Shown: positions 12,574-24,498 of the stretch, piece after piece
How positions within the stretch are numbered: the stretch's first letter is position 1
Layout of the letters: every line of letters starts with the position of its first letter
Assembly: GCA_013265495.1 (NCBI GenBank)
Contig: MU058718.1
Span: 62,001-126,000 of the forward strand
Source of the DNA: Vicugna vicugna
Lineage: Eukaryota
Reading direction: 5' to 3'
Length of the DNA stretch: 64,000 nucleotides
Made by a program: the position numbers and the translations under genes
Notes under the pieces: generated by a model
The model's database searches: none
Seen by the model: the letters and a program-made list of their open reading frames with translations, nothing else
What the model was told of the DNA's origin: nothing

Positions 12574-13031
12574 GATGACCTTTCCCCACCCAGGTCACTC
12601 CTGCTCAGCCCAGTTGTGCCTTGTGATGTGTACATACCTAATTCATCCAATCCAGAGACTGCATTTAATTCACAGCTTGAAGAAGTCAAAGAAATTTCTG
12701 ACAGTTTCTCATCTGCGGATCTTAGCTTCCTGCCAGATGAGCTTATGCAAGAAAGTAGAGACCAGACTGTCATTAGAAGCAAGAATGAAACTGAAGAAAA
12801 TTGTAAAACTCAAAGTCGGCAAAGTAGGTTGCCATCACCCAGCCAACAGGACGTTGGCCTGGCCTTTAGCAGCAGCAGTGGGTCAAATTCAAATTCCCAT
12901 CTGCACTCTGGTGATGCTGACTCAGTCCAGCCCTCTTCTGAGAAACCATACTCCTTGCCTCTGGTGTCCATAACTCCCATGACACCAATGACCCCTGTTT
13001 CAGAATGTCCTGGAATTGTGCCTCAACTACA
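12574..13031 (+). CDS. TBPL2: TBPL2 exon 2 (N-terminal domain, DDLSPPRS...ITPMTPMTPVSECPGIVPQLQ)
   Basis: TAG| acceptor at 12571-73; open frame includes ORF 12616..13035; PMT repeats and GIVPQLQ mark the start of the TBP core; donor CA|GTAAGT, phase 2. Confidence 0.95.
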
Positions 13032-13647
13032 GTAAGTAGTTGTTTTTTCAAATGGGTGATGCTTCTGAGTACACATTTTGTTTTCCTAAATGTGATGTTA
13101 GTGTAAGGAAGAGAATTTCAGATTTTATTATTCTTTGTTTTATCAAAGAATAAACGGACTTTCCCCCCATTTATTCTTAGTGGATTTGGCTTTAGTTTGG
13201 TTATCTGTAAAGTGAAGCACTAACTCTTGATCTCCTATGAGGAAACTCAGGGTTAGTATACACAGTCTTGAAGGATTATATTGTTTATACTAAAGCACAG
13301 TAGTTGCTGAAAATTGTGGTTGGGTTTGGATAAACACAAAGGATATAAAGATGTAAAATTGAATTTGATCTGCAAGTTGATTTGATATTACGCTTTCTAT
13401 TTTGAAGCAGTTTAAAAAATATATCTAAAACTTTAGTTAGCTAGTCATGAAATTTTAGAAAAAGATATTTTAGTACTTTAGGATTTTACATTTTACTAGG
13501 GACTGTGTTACTATATACCTCACGTTTAGAATAATTCTCCCCCTAGTAAGTCACCTAATATAAATCTACGAAATGAGAAGGTTAATATGTTGTAATTACT
13601 TTTTACTTTTGATATCTGGTATAACTTAGGTTGACTTATTTCTTTAG

Positions 13648-13735
13648 GAATATAGTTTCCACTGTAAACCTGGCCTGTCAATTGGATCTGAAGAAAATAG
13701 CTTTGCATGCAAAAAATGCAGAATATAACCCAAAG
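13648..13735 (+). CDS. TBPL2: TBPL2 exon 3 ([29 protein letters not shown])
   Basis: TBP core repeat 1 sequence; tttag| acceptor; AAG|GTAAA donor. Confidence 0.97.
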
Positions 13736-15806
13736 GTAAAATTGCTCAATTTTTCCAACAGTTAGCTTCTATTTAGGTTTTATTTCTTTCATATGATCAT
13801 GGCATTAACACATTCCTCTGTTTTTATTTTTAACAGAAAAATTTGTTAGTGAAAAGCCTTGGGCAACTCAAAAGGTTAATTGTCTCATTCTCTGATTTGA
13901 ACTTACAAAAAATAATCTCATTTTCTGTGCTGAATACAGTAATGATTGAACTGTTCCTAAAAGTTAAGATCTTTCCCTTGTCATTCAGAAGAACCTTTCA
14001 GCATAACTATTTCCAGCCTGACTGTGGAGATGCTAAGTTTCTTACAATGTCACCATATTTCTGGAAATAATTTTTTCTAAGTGTTGTTATTTCTAGCTGA
14101 CACTTTTGTGTTTCTCCATTTAAAGTTTCTCTTACTTGAGAAAGCTCAATTGTTTAAAGTGTAGAGTTCAAGCCTCTTCTTACTACTGTAAAATTCAAGG
14201 ATTTTTTTCCCCTCAAAGTTTAATAAAATTTGTTCTTTCTTGTGTCCTTCCAAGACTAGGCACCCCATTTTCAAATGGTCTATTTACCTAGGAAGTGGAT
14301 TTGTTAATTCCATCAACATTTAACTATTTGATGGGCTCTGTACTTAGGAGTACAAAGATGAGTAAGACCTAGTCCCTTCTAGGGAAAAGTTTACTGCCTT
14401 GGAGGGTGGAGGATTTATGGAGTTAGATGAAAAAAGCCATATTAGTGGGAACCCAGAGGACCTTGTGAGCATCAACTATTTACGGATTAAGTATTTGTTT
14501 TTCCTGTTATAGTAGTGTTGTTGCTGACATCTGAATTTAAATGTTGCCCAAATGCAAGGCAGCTTTTCTGTTCATATTTCGTGTAGCTGGCTATGATAGG
14601 GACAGAAACCTAGTAATGAGCTGGGATTTTTATGGCTGCAGCTATGATTAACCACACTACTGAGCAATCAACATTTTAAGCATATTTTATTCTCCACCAT
14701 CCTCAGCTCTCCCATCATTTTATTTCAGTGTACAGGATCTGTCCAAACTGGGACTTGACAGCCAAAGAAATTCTGGCTTAGCCCTTGAGGTGCTTTAGAA
14801 TTTAACAAAATGAATACCAGGTGAGAGTGCTACCTTTTCAATAAACACCTGGAAAACATTAATAGGACTTGATCGGCTCTGTGTAGTGCTGACTCAGGGT
14901 TCATTTTACCGCCTGTGAACATGTCAAATCTGAAATTGCTGGTCCAGCCTTGGAGGGATCTATGGTCCTATGGTGGAGTGGTTCTGACCTATGGGAACTT
15001 CAGTCTTGCATGGTACTCACTCCAGTTTCCTTCCCAGCTTAATGGGGAGGGCGGGAGGGCATGACGAGGGTCTGTGTATAACCAGGAGGAGCAGGTCATT
15101 TCGCAACCAGTCAATGTGGCAGGCCAGTCATTCTCAGCCCTCCCCTGCATCAGCACCAGGACTTAAAGATGCTACCGGCATGGGGACCACACTGAGAATT
15201 ATGGCAGGCAAGAACCTGACAAATAACTGTCATTCATCTTTTGAAATGCCCATGTATATATATATGTATTTTTTCTGTTTTATATTTTGGCTCCTTTTTA
15301 GTACATTCTAGAGTCTTGGTAAACCTGTAACATACTTCATACTCTTTCTTTTTTTCTCAAAAATTCTTTGAAAGAAAAGTGCTTCAAAGCAAGAAGCATG
15401 AAGTCTGATTTGTCATAGTTTTAAATCTCTACTCTACTGTTTCCTGTGTAATGTTGGAAGTTAAGTAACCACTTACTTTCCCTGTGCACTAAATGGGAAT
15501 TATACTGGACTCAACTTTGTCCTGTCATGAAGATAAAACCTGTACAGCTCTAAGCATAAGTTCTGAAACATAACACACAAATTTTAGCTTTACTGTTATT
15601 ATTCTTACCTGTTCTTTCTAAGCACATTTTAGAACCATGATAATTTTCTTAACCTTAATGTGGGGGAGAATAGACCTAGCCATTTTTCAGTTTTCCCATT
15701 AAATTTCAGTTTATTCAAGACTGTTTTCATGCCCAGCTCAGCTTTTCAACTGGAATAGTGTTAACTGCTAGCAGAGGCTAATTGTCCTTTTGGCTTCTGT
15801 GTGTAG

Positions 15807-15898
15807 AGGTTTGCTGCTGTCATAATGAGGATCCGAGAGCCCAGGACAACAGCCCTCATATTTAGCTCTGGGAAGATGGTCTGCACAGGAGCCAAAAG
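15807..15898 (+). CDS. TBPL2: TBPL2 exon 4 ([30 protein letters not shown])
   Basis: Canonical TBP core motif; TAG| acceptor; AG|GTATGA donor. Confidence 0.98.
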
Positions 15899-16924
15899 GT
15901 ATGAGGAGCCACCCTCCACCACTACCAGACAACTCATTCAAAATGTAAAACACGGAAGGATGGCATTCATGTCCTAGAACACAGAGTAGACGCAGAACAC
16001 TTCACTGAAGAGTGAAATTCATGAAATGCCAAATTTTGGGTTAAAAACATTCAGCCTCATAATACTGCCTCATATTCCACTTTACAGTCCCCCATAATGA
16101 AAGGGGCTTCATTAGGGGGTTACAATTTGTTTCTAAGGTGTATTTTAAAAAAAGAAAAAAGCTATGGGAGTGGTAAAGCCTGTTATAAACCTGGGGGAGT
16201 CATTCTTGTGTATTTTCCTCAAGGTAGGCAGATAAATGGATAGAACTTTTTAAAGGAGGGAGGTTAGACATTTCTTGACCATTAGCTTGCACATTCGCTC
16301 AGGAGGCATCTCTTAGAAGGCTCGTCTTTCCTGGATCTCATGCAGAGGTAGCCCTGTGCTGATGGAGACCCTTTCACCATAAAACTAGTAGGAGAGAGGC
16401 TCTTCCCTCTAAGTGTGAGGAGATGAGCAGTAAATTGTCCTCCTGAAAGGTTGCACCAATTTCTCCTCACTCGAGAGCTGTACCTAGTGTTCATTGTCTC
16501 TGATGAATGCTGGGTGTTAATATCTTTTCTTAGATTTGCCAAGTTGATTGGCAAAAAGTTGTTATTTTAATTACATTTTTTAATTTACTAATGAGACTGA
16601 CTTTTCATAAGCACAAACTGCCTACTGTATCTTTTGCCCAATATTCTAGGGGGAGGTTTGTCATCTGGTATTTAAGTATTTTCATCATCTTATACTGTAA
16701 ATATTCTCCCATATTAATGTTGATGGTGTTTTATGGTTTTTTAAAAACACATTTTAATTTTTTGTGTGTATAGTCTATCCAATTTTTTTCCTTATGTTTT
16801 CAGTATTTGGCTTCATTTCTTAGGAAGGCATTCCCCATGTACACGTGATATAAGTATTGACCTCTGTGTAGTTCTCTGGCTTTTTCAGATCCTGCTTTGT
16901 ATTAAAGAAAGGAAGTTAAGGTTT

Positions 16925-17114
16925 TGATTCATCTAGAGCTTTCTCTGGATGATGGAAATATTCTGTATCTGTGCTGTCCAGTGTGGTAACCTCTAGTGAC
17001 ATGCGGCTATTGAGCACTTGAAATATAGCTAATACCACAGAGGAACTGAGCTTTTTATTTAATTTTAATTTAAAGAGCCACATGTGGTTAGTGGCTACCA
17101 TGTTGGGCGGAGCA
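16925..17114 (+). mobile_element. MER3-like hAT-Charlie element
   Basis: GATGATGGAAATATTCTGTATCTGTGCTGTCC...AGCCACATGTGGTTAGTGGCTACC. Confidence 0.8.
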
Positions 17115-18661
17115 AGTCTAGAATTTTATTTCAATATACGATAATTTTTTCTCAAATGGACAGTGTCTCAGTGTATTTATTAAAGAATCCATTTTAATCT
17201 ATTTTCTCCCAACCTGTTTTTACATGTTAAGTTCCTTACCCGTGTCTGAGTAAGTTTCTGAGCTTTCTCTTCTGTTGATCTGTGAATCCTCTGACCTAGA
17301 AATCTCCATTGTTAAGTCACCATTATTGGACAACTCTGCAAGAGATCTGCAAGGACATTCATTTAGACATTGTTTAAAACAGGGGCAAGGAGGAACCAAT
17401 ATCTAGTAACATGGTTTTGATTAGATCATAAAATTATGGTTAGCCATATATATGGAGTTGGAAGGATGTTAACTTGGGGGAGGGGAGCACACATATACAC
17501 ATTCATGAGCATTTTTCCCCATCTGAATTTATTTGGTTCCTAAAATCTGATAGTGCAGGCTTGGATGGTAAGTTCAGATAAATAAGAGACATTTGTTATC
17601 CAAATATATTTGGTTCTTGAGTTGTGGATAGAGACTTGTGAAAGTTTGTGTAGTATAAGATATCAGAATTATCTCCAAAAATTTATCCAAACCTATTCTC
17701 TTTAGTTTGTAATAACCAGAGTTTGCTTAGTGAGGGATACCTGTGTTTGCATAGGAAAGGTGTAGAGGGGCCAAATTTATCAGTGGTTCTGACCACTGGT
17801 GGTGAAATTTTAAGGTTCTTAGTCTGTTTTCTAGTGTTTGTACAAGAGCATGTGTGTAAACATTAACTGTGAGTTGTTTGAATGGGAATTTCTGTGTAAT
17901 CCAGAAAACTACAGGGCTATGAAATTTGACCTTGAAATTTGCCTTATAAACATTAGCCCTGTGGGAAATGTAATAGGTCAGTTAGGCGAAATGTGGTTTC
18001 TCAACGTGGAAACCATTTATTTCACTGCTAACTTGGGGACACAGCCTTGCCAAGGACATTTCAGAAGTTAGAAATTGATGAGGAGAATCAAGATGAAAGG
18101 AGAGTGTTGCGATGGCTCTAGGTAGGAAAGAGACACTACCGCTCCCCTTGGTCCAGGCGAGCAAGCTCAGTCTGGCTTTTCTTTAAGGTGCATCTGATTT
18201 TCAACTAAAGACAGGGATACCTCATAAGAGAGGGTAGAATTCATAGGATTCACCCACTGGGTGTTGCCCCTGTTTGGCAACCCCTTGCTACTCATTGTTT
18301 TGTTTTAGTAGTGACCACTGAAAAGTATGTAACAAAAAGCCCCAAAATCCCAGGATTTCACATTCTCTGACAGGGATTTAGAGGTGGAGTAGGACAAACA
18401 GAAGAATATAGTCGCAGAGGTGGATGAGTTTCTTTCTTCCTCATATTGGGTATGAGTTGAATGTCAATGGTGTGAGAAAGTCTGAGCAAAGCTGGGCAGG
18501 TTTTGAGGTATTTTAAGTATGTAATTTGTCCCATAAAGACCCAGGTTCTGACGTCCTGCCTCATTTGGCACATAGCTCACTTCCTCATGTTGAGTTTCCA
18601 TGTGCATGTGTCCTTATTTTTGTTGCTGTTGTTCCCATCTAAATGGCACACACTTTTAGAC

Positions 18662-18848
18662 CAGAGGATGGTTCTAAAACCTTAGCATCACAATCACTGG
18701 AGGGCTTGTTAAAACATACACTTCTGCCCACCCCTCACCTCCCCAGAGTGTCTGCACATCTGAGGTGGGATGTAGGACTTTCCGTTTCTAGCAAGTTCTC
18801 AGGTAGTAATGCTGCTGGTGGTCTGAGGCCACACTTTGAGAACCAGTG
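18662..18848. mobile_element. MER5A-like element (similar copies near 19553-19718, 44417-44610, 50307-50440)
   Basis: TGGTTCTAAAACC...GGGCTTGTTAAAACA...CACACTTTGAGAACCAGTG. Confidence 0.75.
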
Positions 18849-19204
18849 GAAGAGTTAATTTTCTCTAACAACACTTAAAACAAGCAAAATAAACAATTAC
18901 CTTCCATGTGAAAAGTGACAAATGAAGACAACAATCTGTTTATGATTCAGTTCAACAACAGAACACAACAGCATTGTGCCATACCTTTCTCTAGGTGCGA
19001 GGAACAAATGTAGGGGAGGTGGGTCCTTGTCCTCAAAGTCTACAGGTTCATAGTATATACTGAAAGATAAACATGGCACAAATGCTAAAAGTACAAGCAG
19101 AGACATATGTCAACACAGTCCAAGCAGTAAAGCGGTCATAGTGATTAAGGCATCTTTCATTATGTCTGTCTCTCCACCACCACCCCCCCTCCCCTCCGCA
19201 CAAG

Positions 19205-19372
19205 TGAAGAGCAGTCTCGACTTGCAGCCAGAAAGTATGCTCGTGTGGTGCAGAAGCTGGGATTTCCTGCCAGATTCCTCGATTTTAAAATTCAGAACAT
19301 GGTTGGAAGCTGTGATGTGAGATTTCCTATTAGGCTGGAAGGTTTGGTGCTAACCCATCAGCAGTTCAGTAG
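19205..19372 (+). CDS. TBPL2: TBPL2 exon 5 ([55 protein letters not shown])
   Basis: TBP core; AAG| acceptor after a C-rich tract; AG|GTATGA donor. Confidence 0.97.
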
Positions 19373-21476
19373 GTATGATTGTTGTATAACTTAACTTTGG
19401 GTTTACCAAGATATTAAAGTTGTATTATGGGCTGCTTATATAATGTATCTTTCAGAGAAAATGTAATTTTTTAAAAAGCCACAATAGGTGAAAGGGTAAA
19501 GATGCTATGCCTAAGTCCTAGTTGACTACCATATGTGTTCAGTCTTCTGAAACAGTGGTTCTCAAAATTAAGTTGCATAGTAATCACCTGGACAGCGTAT
19601 CAAAACACATTCCTGCCTGGGCCAGTGTTTCTAGAGATTCTGCTTGAAGCTGCAGTTCTAACAAGCTCACAGGTGATGCCAGTGCTGCTGGCCAGAGGTC
19701 CACACGTTGAGACTCCTGATATAGAGATTTCTAAAACAGGCACACCTGGCTGGGGGGTGGTGGAACTGGTGGGGAAAGAAGGGTATGACATGGATTAGAT
19801 AAGTAGAAAGGGCTGACAGCTGGTGAGGGGAGAAAGGGTTGGAGAGATTTAAAAAAAAAAAAAAAAGAATGGCCATAGCACATTCTATGAAGGCAATCTT
19901 ATCTAGTTTTTGTCCTGTTGATTTTGCTCAAGGGTTTTCTTTTTCTGTGTGTAGCTGGAGCCCCCACCACAGTTTCTTCTTTCATGAAATCATATTCCTT
20001 GGGGAGTATCTGTAGCCTGCCTGGCTTCTTCATATGTAACTTCCCATCTCAACAGCAAATGCTCCTCTTCCTCCTCTTCCCTCAGCTGCTTGGGTGTTTC
20101 TCCCAGCCTGCTCAGGCCCTCAGAGAGCGGTGATGGGGGTTCACTGGTCAACACCGAATCCCACCACCGGTGGGATATACACCTGGGGCAGGGTGCTTAA
20201 ACTGGCTTAGAATCACAGATGCTCTTAAATTCTCTTGAACTAGCTTGAACTGAAGTCCTTTCACTCTGCTTTTCCTTCCCTTTGCCTTTGAGCAATCATT
20301 CTGTTTAAACAGAATGGAGAGGGATCAGATAGCTTGTCTTTCTCTAACATTTGTTAGCTTTCCTTTGAGACGTGACCTGAACAGAGTTTAAAATTGCTTT
20401 GTTTCTTCCTAACATTCAAAAAAAATTGTTCTTTCTGAGATTTAGCTTTCATGATACTCTTCAGGCAATGTTTATTTTCCCCTTGATTATAATTTCTTTT
20501 TCCTTCTGTGTTGATTTTTTTCCATTGTACGCTTACTGAGGCACCCATTGAGTTCACTGGAAAGCTCCCCATGCAAGACATATTGCCTCTCTAGATATCC
20601 TTTCCTTTTTTCAATCTTGGGGTAATTTGAAGATTCATAGTAAAACTTTCATTTTAAGAATCTCTCAACACAAACTTGTCATCTTCCAGGTTCTCAACGT
20701 TGGGCCTCTAGTCTTTCTCTGAACCAGCTTTTTCTGAACCTATGAACGATCTCTGCCCCAATTCTAAGGTACATCAATATATTAGTTCCCCCTTTCTGGA
20801 CATTTAGGGCTCTAAAATGATGTGTGCAATTCCTCCCAAAGTTCATTTCTTTCTCACGAAGATTGTCTTCTTTGTAGATCAGATTTAAGTCTGCAGTGGG
20901 AGTGCCCCTTGTCACTACTTCAACCTCTGAACGATAAAATTGCCTGTAGGGCCAGATGAGAATTTATCAGATGCACTGCTTTTAGCCAGTGGAGTAGGCC
21001 CATCACTGTTCTGTCTTCGTCCTGAGCCAGTTTTATGATCTCAACCATCTTTTTAAAAAAATTTGACCAGGAAGCTTGCTTTGTATTTCTGCAGCTATCT
21101 CTTTCTTGTCTCATTCTTGCCTCTTCCAAATGTTCTACATCCTTAGGTTAGATTTTGACTCCAGTGTGTGTATTTGCGACATTGGGCCATTAAAACACCT
21201 CTTTCTCAGCAAGTTTGTGTCTTTAAAATGAGGACTCTTTTTAATTGCCTGAAGCCCTGTAGGGAACCATGGCACATATCAGTTTTAATTATCAGGTCAA
21301 GTTTGCTTTCTGTTAAAACCTCAAATGCATTTAATTCCCCTGTTCTACAAATATGTATATCAGTATCTGAAAATACAAGTATCTCCCTTGTTACTAGGCA
21401 TCTTCTCCATCAGTCTTTCTATGTCATAATTGTTTCAGTTATCCCTGTGCACTTTTCTCCCTTCCCTTCAATTTTT

Positions 21477-21559
21477 TTTTCGTTATTAGCTCTAGATTTT
21501 TTTCTTTCTTTTCTTTATTGAGTTATAGTCAGTTTACAATGTTGTGTCAATTTCTGGTA
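21477..21559 (-). mobile_element. Very short L1 3' terminus with TSD
   Basis: TTTATTGAGTTATAGTCAGTTTACAATGTTGTGTCAATTTCTGGT; 17-bp TSD with 1 mismatch at 21460-76 and 21560-76. Confidence 0.85.
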
Positions 21560-22039
21560 CCTCCCCTTCAATTTTTAAATCAAAGACAGTCTAATAAGTA
21601 TTTCTTAAATGAGTAAAATCTGGGTGGCCACTGTGTAGCAGATGCTATGGTGGTAGTGGCAATCAATACAGCCATGGTCCCTTGCCCTTATGGAACCACT
21701 GCCTAAAAGGGAAAACAGAGACACTAAAGACAATAATGAAATGTAACTATGAAGGCGAACACCCCTTGGAGTGTTACGGTGCCATCAGGCAGGGTACTTA
21801 ACGTGATGGAGAGGTATGAAGCTCAAGGAAGACTTCTTAAGGGAAGTGACATTTAAGCTGAGACTTGAACAATGAGTTGAAGTTGGGTTGCCCAAGAGAT
21901 TGGCAGCTGTTTGTGGTTCTCCATCCTCATGAAATGTTCCCCATCCCTAACTAAAGCCTCTTTTTTTCCTGCCTCAACCTTCTTTTGAAATGAGACAGAG
22001 AATAAATATAGATGATTTTGCTACCTTGTCCTTTAGCCT

Positions 22040-22575
22040 TCCTGCTAGCTTTGTGCATGGCTGATCTACTACCTTTACTGCATATTTGCCTTTTCCAATG
22101 AGCTTTTTCCTTTGATGATTTTCATGTTTCTAGTTGTAGCCTTTTCTTTTTTGCTTAGATGCCTTTAACATTTCTTGTGAGGCTGGTTTGGTGGTGCTGA
22201 ATTCTTTTAGCTTTTGCCTGTCCCTGAAACTCTTCCTCTCTCCATCAAATCTGAATGAAAGCCTTGCTGGGTAGAGTATTCTTGGTTGTAGATTTTTCCC
22301 TTTCATCACTTTAAATATATCATACCACTACCTTCTGACCTGCAGAGTTCCTCCTGAAAAGTCAGCTGATAGGCTTGTGGGAGTTCCCTTGTACATAACT
22401 TGTTGCTTTTCCTTGCTGTATATAATATTATCTCTTTATCTTTAATTTTTTCCATTTTAATTGCAATGTGTCTTGGTTTCATTCTCTTTGGATTAATCCC
22501 ATTTGGGACTGTCTGTGCTTCCTGGACCTGGTTGTACATTTCCTTTCCTAGGTTAGGGAATTTTTCAGCTATTTA
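22040..22575 (-). mobile_element. L1 ORF1 internal fragment
   Basis: ORF 22306..22539 QVQEAQTVPNGINPKRMKPRHIAIKMEKIKDKE is L1 ORF1p-like; homologous to 48230-48660. Confidence 0.88.
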
Positions 22576-23769
22576 CATACCAAAGGCTTTTGTTTTCTCT
22601 TTTTCCTTTGAGTGTCCTAAGATTTTGTTGGAAATCAAATGGAAACATTTTTTCTGTGGAAGTCTTCACTTTCTTGGCTCAAACCTCACAGTTCTCATAG
22701 AGATTTTTAAGGGTTTCAGCTAGCATCATTGTCTCCCTAGTGTCTGTAAGTTGTTTGTGGGTAGAAGTCTTGACAGGTTTCTGCAAGAAAGTAGAGTGAT
22801 GCCCCACCCTTAATGAACTCCATATACTTTAGATGGGTAGCCTGACCACTGTGATGCCTCTTTTTTGGTGCCCATAAGTGGTTTCACATCTCCTGTGGTA
22901 TGGCTCTTACTCATTGTCAAATGGAATGGAGTTTTTCTTTGTGGTCTGGATTCATCCTTTAAGTGCAAAGATTCATGTGTATTATAGTGTTCCATTTCTC
23001 AAATTTCTTCTTTTTCTTATACTCCATTAGTCATTGTTTTGAGAATAGTTTTATTTCATCAACTTCCTCTTAACTCTTGACCTCTTTTTTTGTAGGCTCC
23101 TCAAGCCTTTCTAGGAATCTCAACAACTCTTTTGTATGGCTGGCATGTGGAGAAGCAATTCCTTGTTCAATTATCCCTTGTTCCTTGGAGAAATCAGCTT
23201 ACACTTAGTAGTAAATATGAATGTATTATTATCTATAGGAACAAATTCTGAGTTTTTAAAACTTGAGACAGTTTAAGTTTTCTTTCTCTATACAGCATCT
23301 GTCCAAAGACAAATAACAGCAGTCTAGAATTTTTTTTTACATGCTATCTGCTAAAAATGTTAACTTTAGCAATTAGTTTGTAAGTAGATACAAAATGTAC
23401 TCATTATTGGGAAACTTGGTAAATTTAGAAGACATGTTTATATATTTTTATTGATAGACTTTTTTTGAAAAAATGGAGAACATTTAACCAACAAGATCTT
23501 AAAATGTGAAATCTGATGTCCTAAGTTACCTTCATTTCTAATAGCTTAGGGTGACTTGCATTTGGAAAAATATGACGAAAAATGAGTTCTGTTCTTGACT
23601 GTCACAGAAATTACCTAGGACACCCAAGACTACCTTTATCAAGATGGCCGAAAGGTTTTTGGTAAAATAGCTTTTTAAAACTGCTTTAGTGTTTTGGGTC
23701 TTGAATATTATGGAAAAGTAGTTGCATAGCGAGTGCTACTTCTGACTTTTTCCTTTTATATCTTAACAG

Positions 23770-23864
23770 TTATGAACCTGAACTATTTCCTGGCCTCATT
23801 TATAGAATGGTGAAACCACGGATTGTGTTGCTTATCTTTGTGTCTGGAAAAGTTGTGTTGACGG
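23770..23864 (+). CDS. TBPL2: TBPL2 exon 6 ([31 protein letters not shown])
   Basis: TBP core repeat 2; CAG| acceptor; G|GTAAGT donor. Confidence 0.98.
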
Positions 23865-24186
23865 GTAAGTACTAAGATTCTGACTTTCATAAAATTCAGT
23901 AGCTGTGCGTGTGCTTTGCTTTAAATAGCTTTATTCACCGTTATACAGTAATTCATGCTATTATAGAATATATGAAAAAAAGAAAAATAGAAAGGAATAT
24001 AACATTACTTATCGGTCCCAGTACCCAAAACAATGCAACTTTTTTCCATGTTTTTATGTCATTTTGATACATATATTCATCTTTACAGCCTGCCTTTTTA
24101 TTAACCGTTGTAACATACATAGCTTAACTCGTTGTTACAAACCTTCATGAAGACTTTCAAAGGCTGGACAATGTTCTGACTTTTAT

Positions 24187-24498
24187 AGGGGTCAGCAGAC
24201 CTTTTTCTGCAAAGGGCTAAATTCTAAATGTTTTAAGCTTGTGAGCCATAGCGTCTCCATCACAACAACTGAACCCTGACATTGTAGTGTGAAGGTAGCT
24301 ATAAACATCACATGAAAGAAAGGACTCTGAAATGTGAATATAATTCATATAATTTACATGTGTCATGTACTCTTCTCTTCTTTTGATTCCCACCCCCCAA
24401 TCATTTAAAATATAAAAATCACCCTTGGCTGACAGGCTATTCAGGCTGCACAAGCAGCAGACGAGGTTTGGCTAGCAGGCCCAAGTTTCCCAATTCTG
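24187..24498. mobile_element. MER58-like hAT element
   Basis: AGGGGTCAGCAGACCTTTTTCTGCAAAGGGC...TTTGGCTAGCAGGCCCAAGTTTCC. Confidence 0.7.

Noticed and set aside
12482..12973. 163-aa ORF overlapping TBPL2 exon 2 in another frame
   Set aside because: Starts in the intron and has no recognisable homology; probably a shadow ORF
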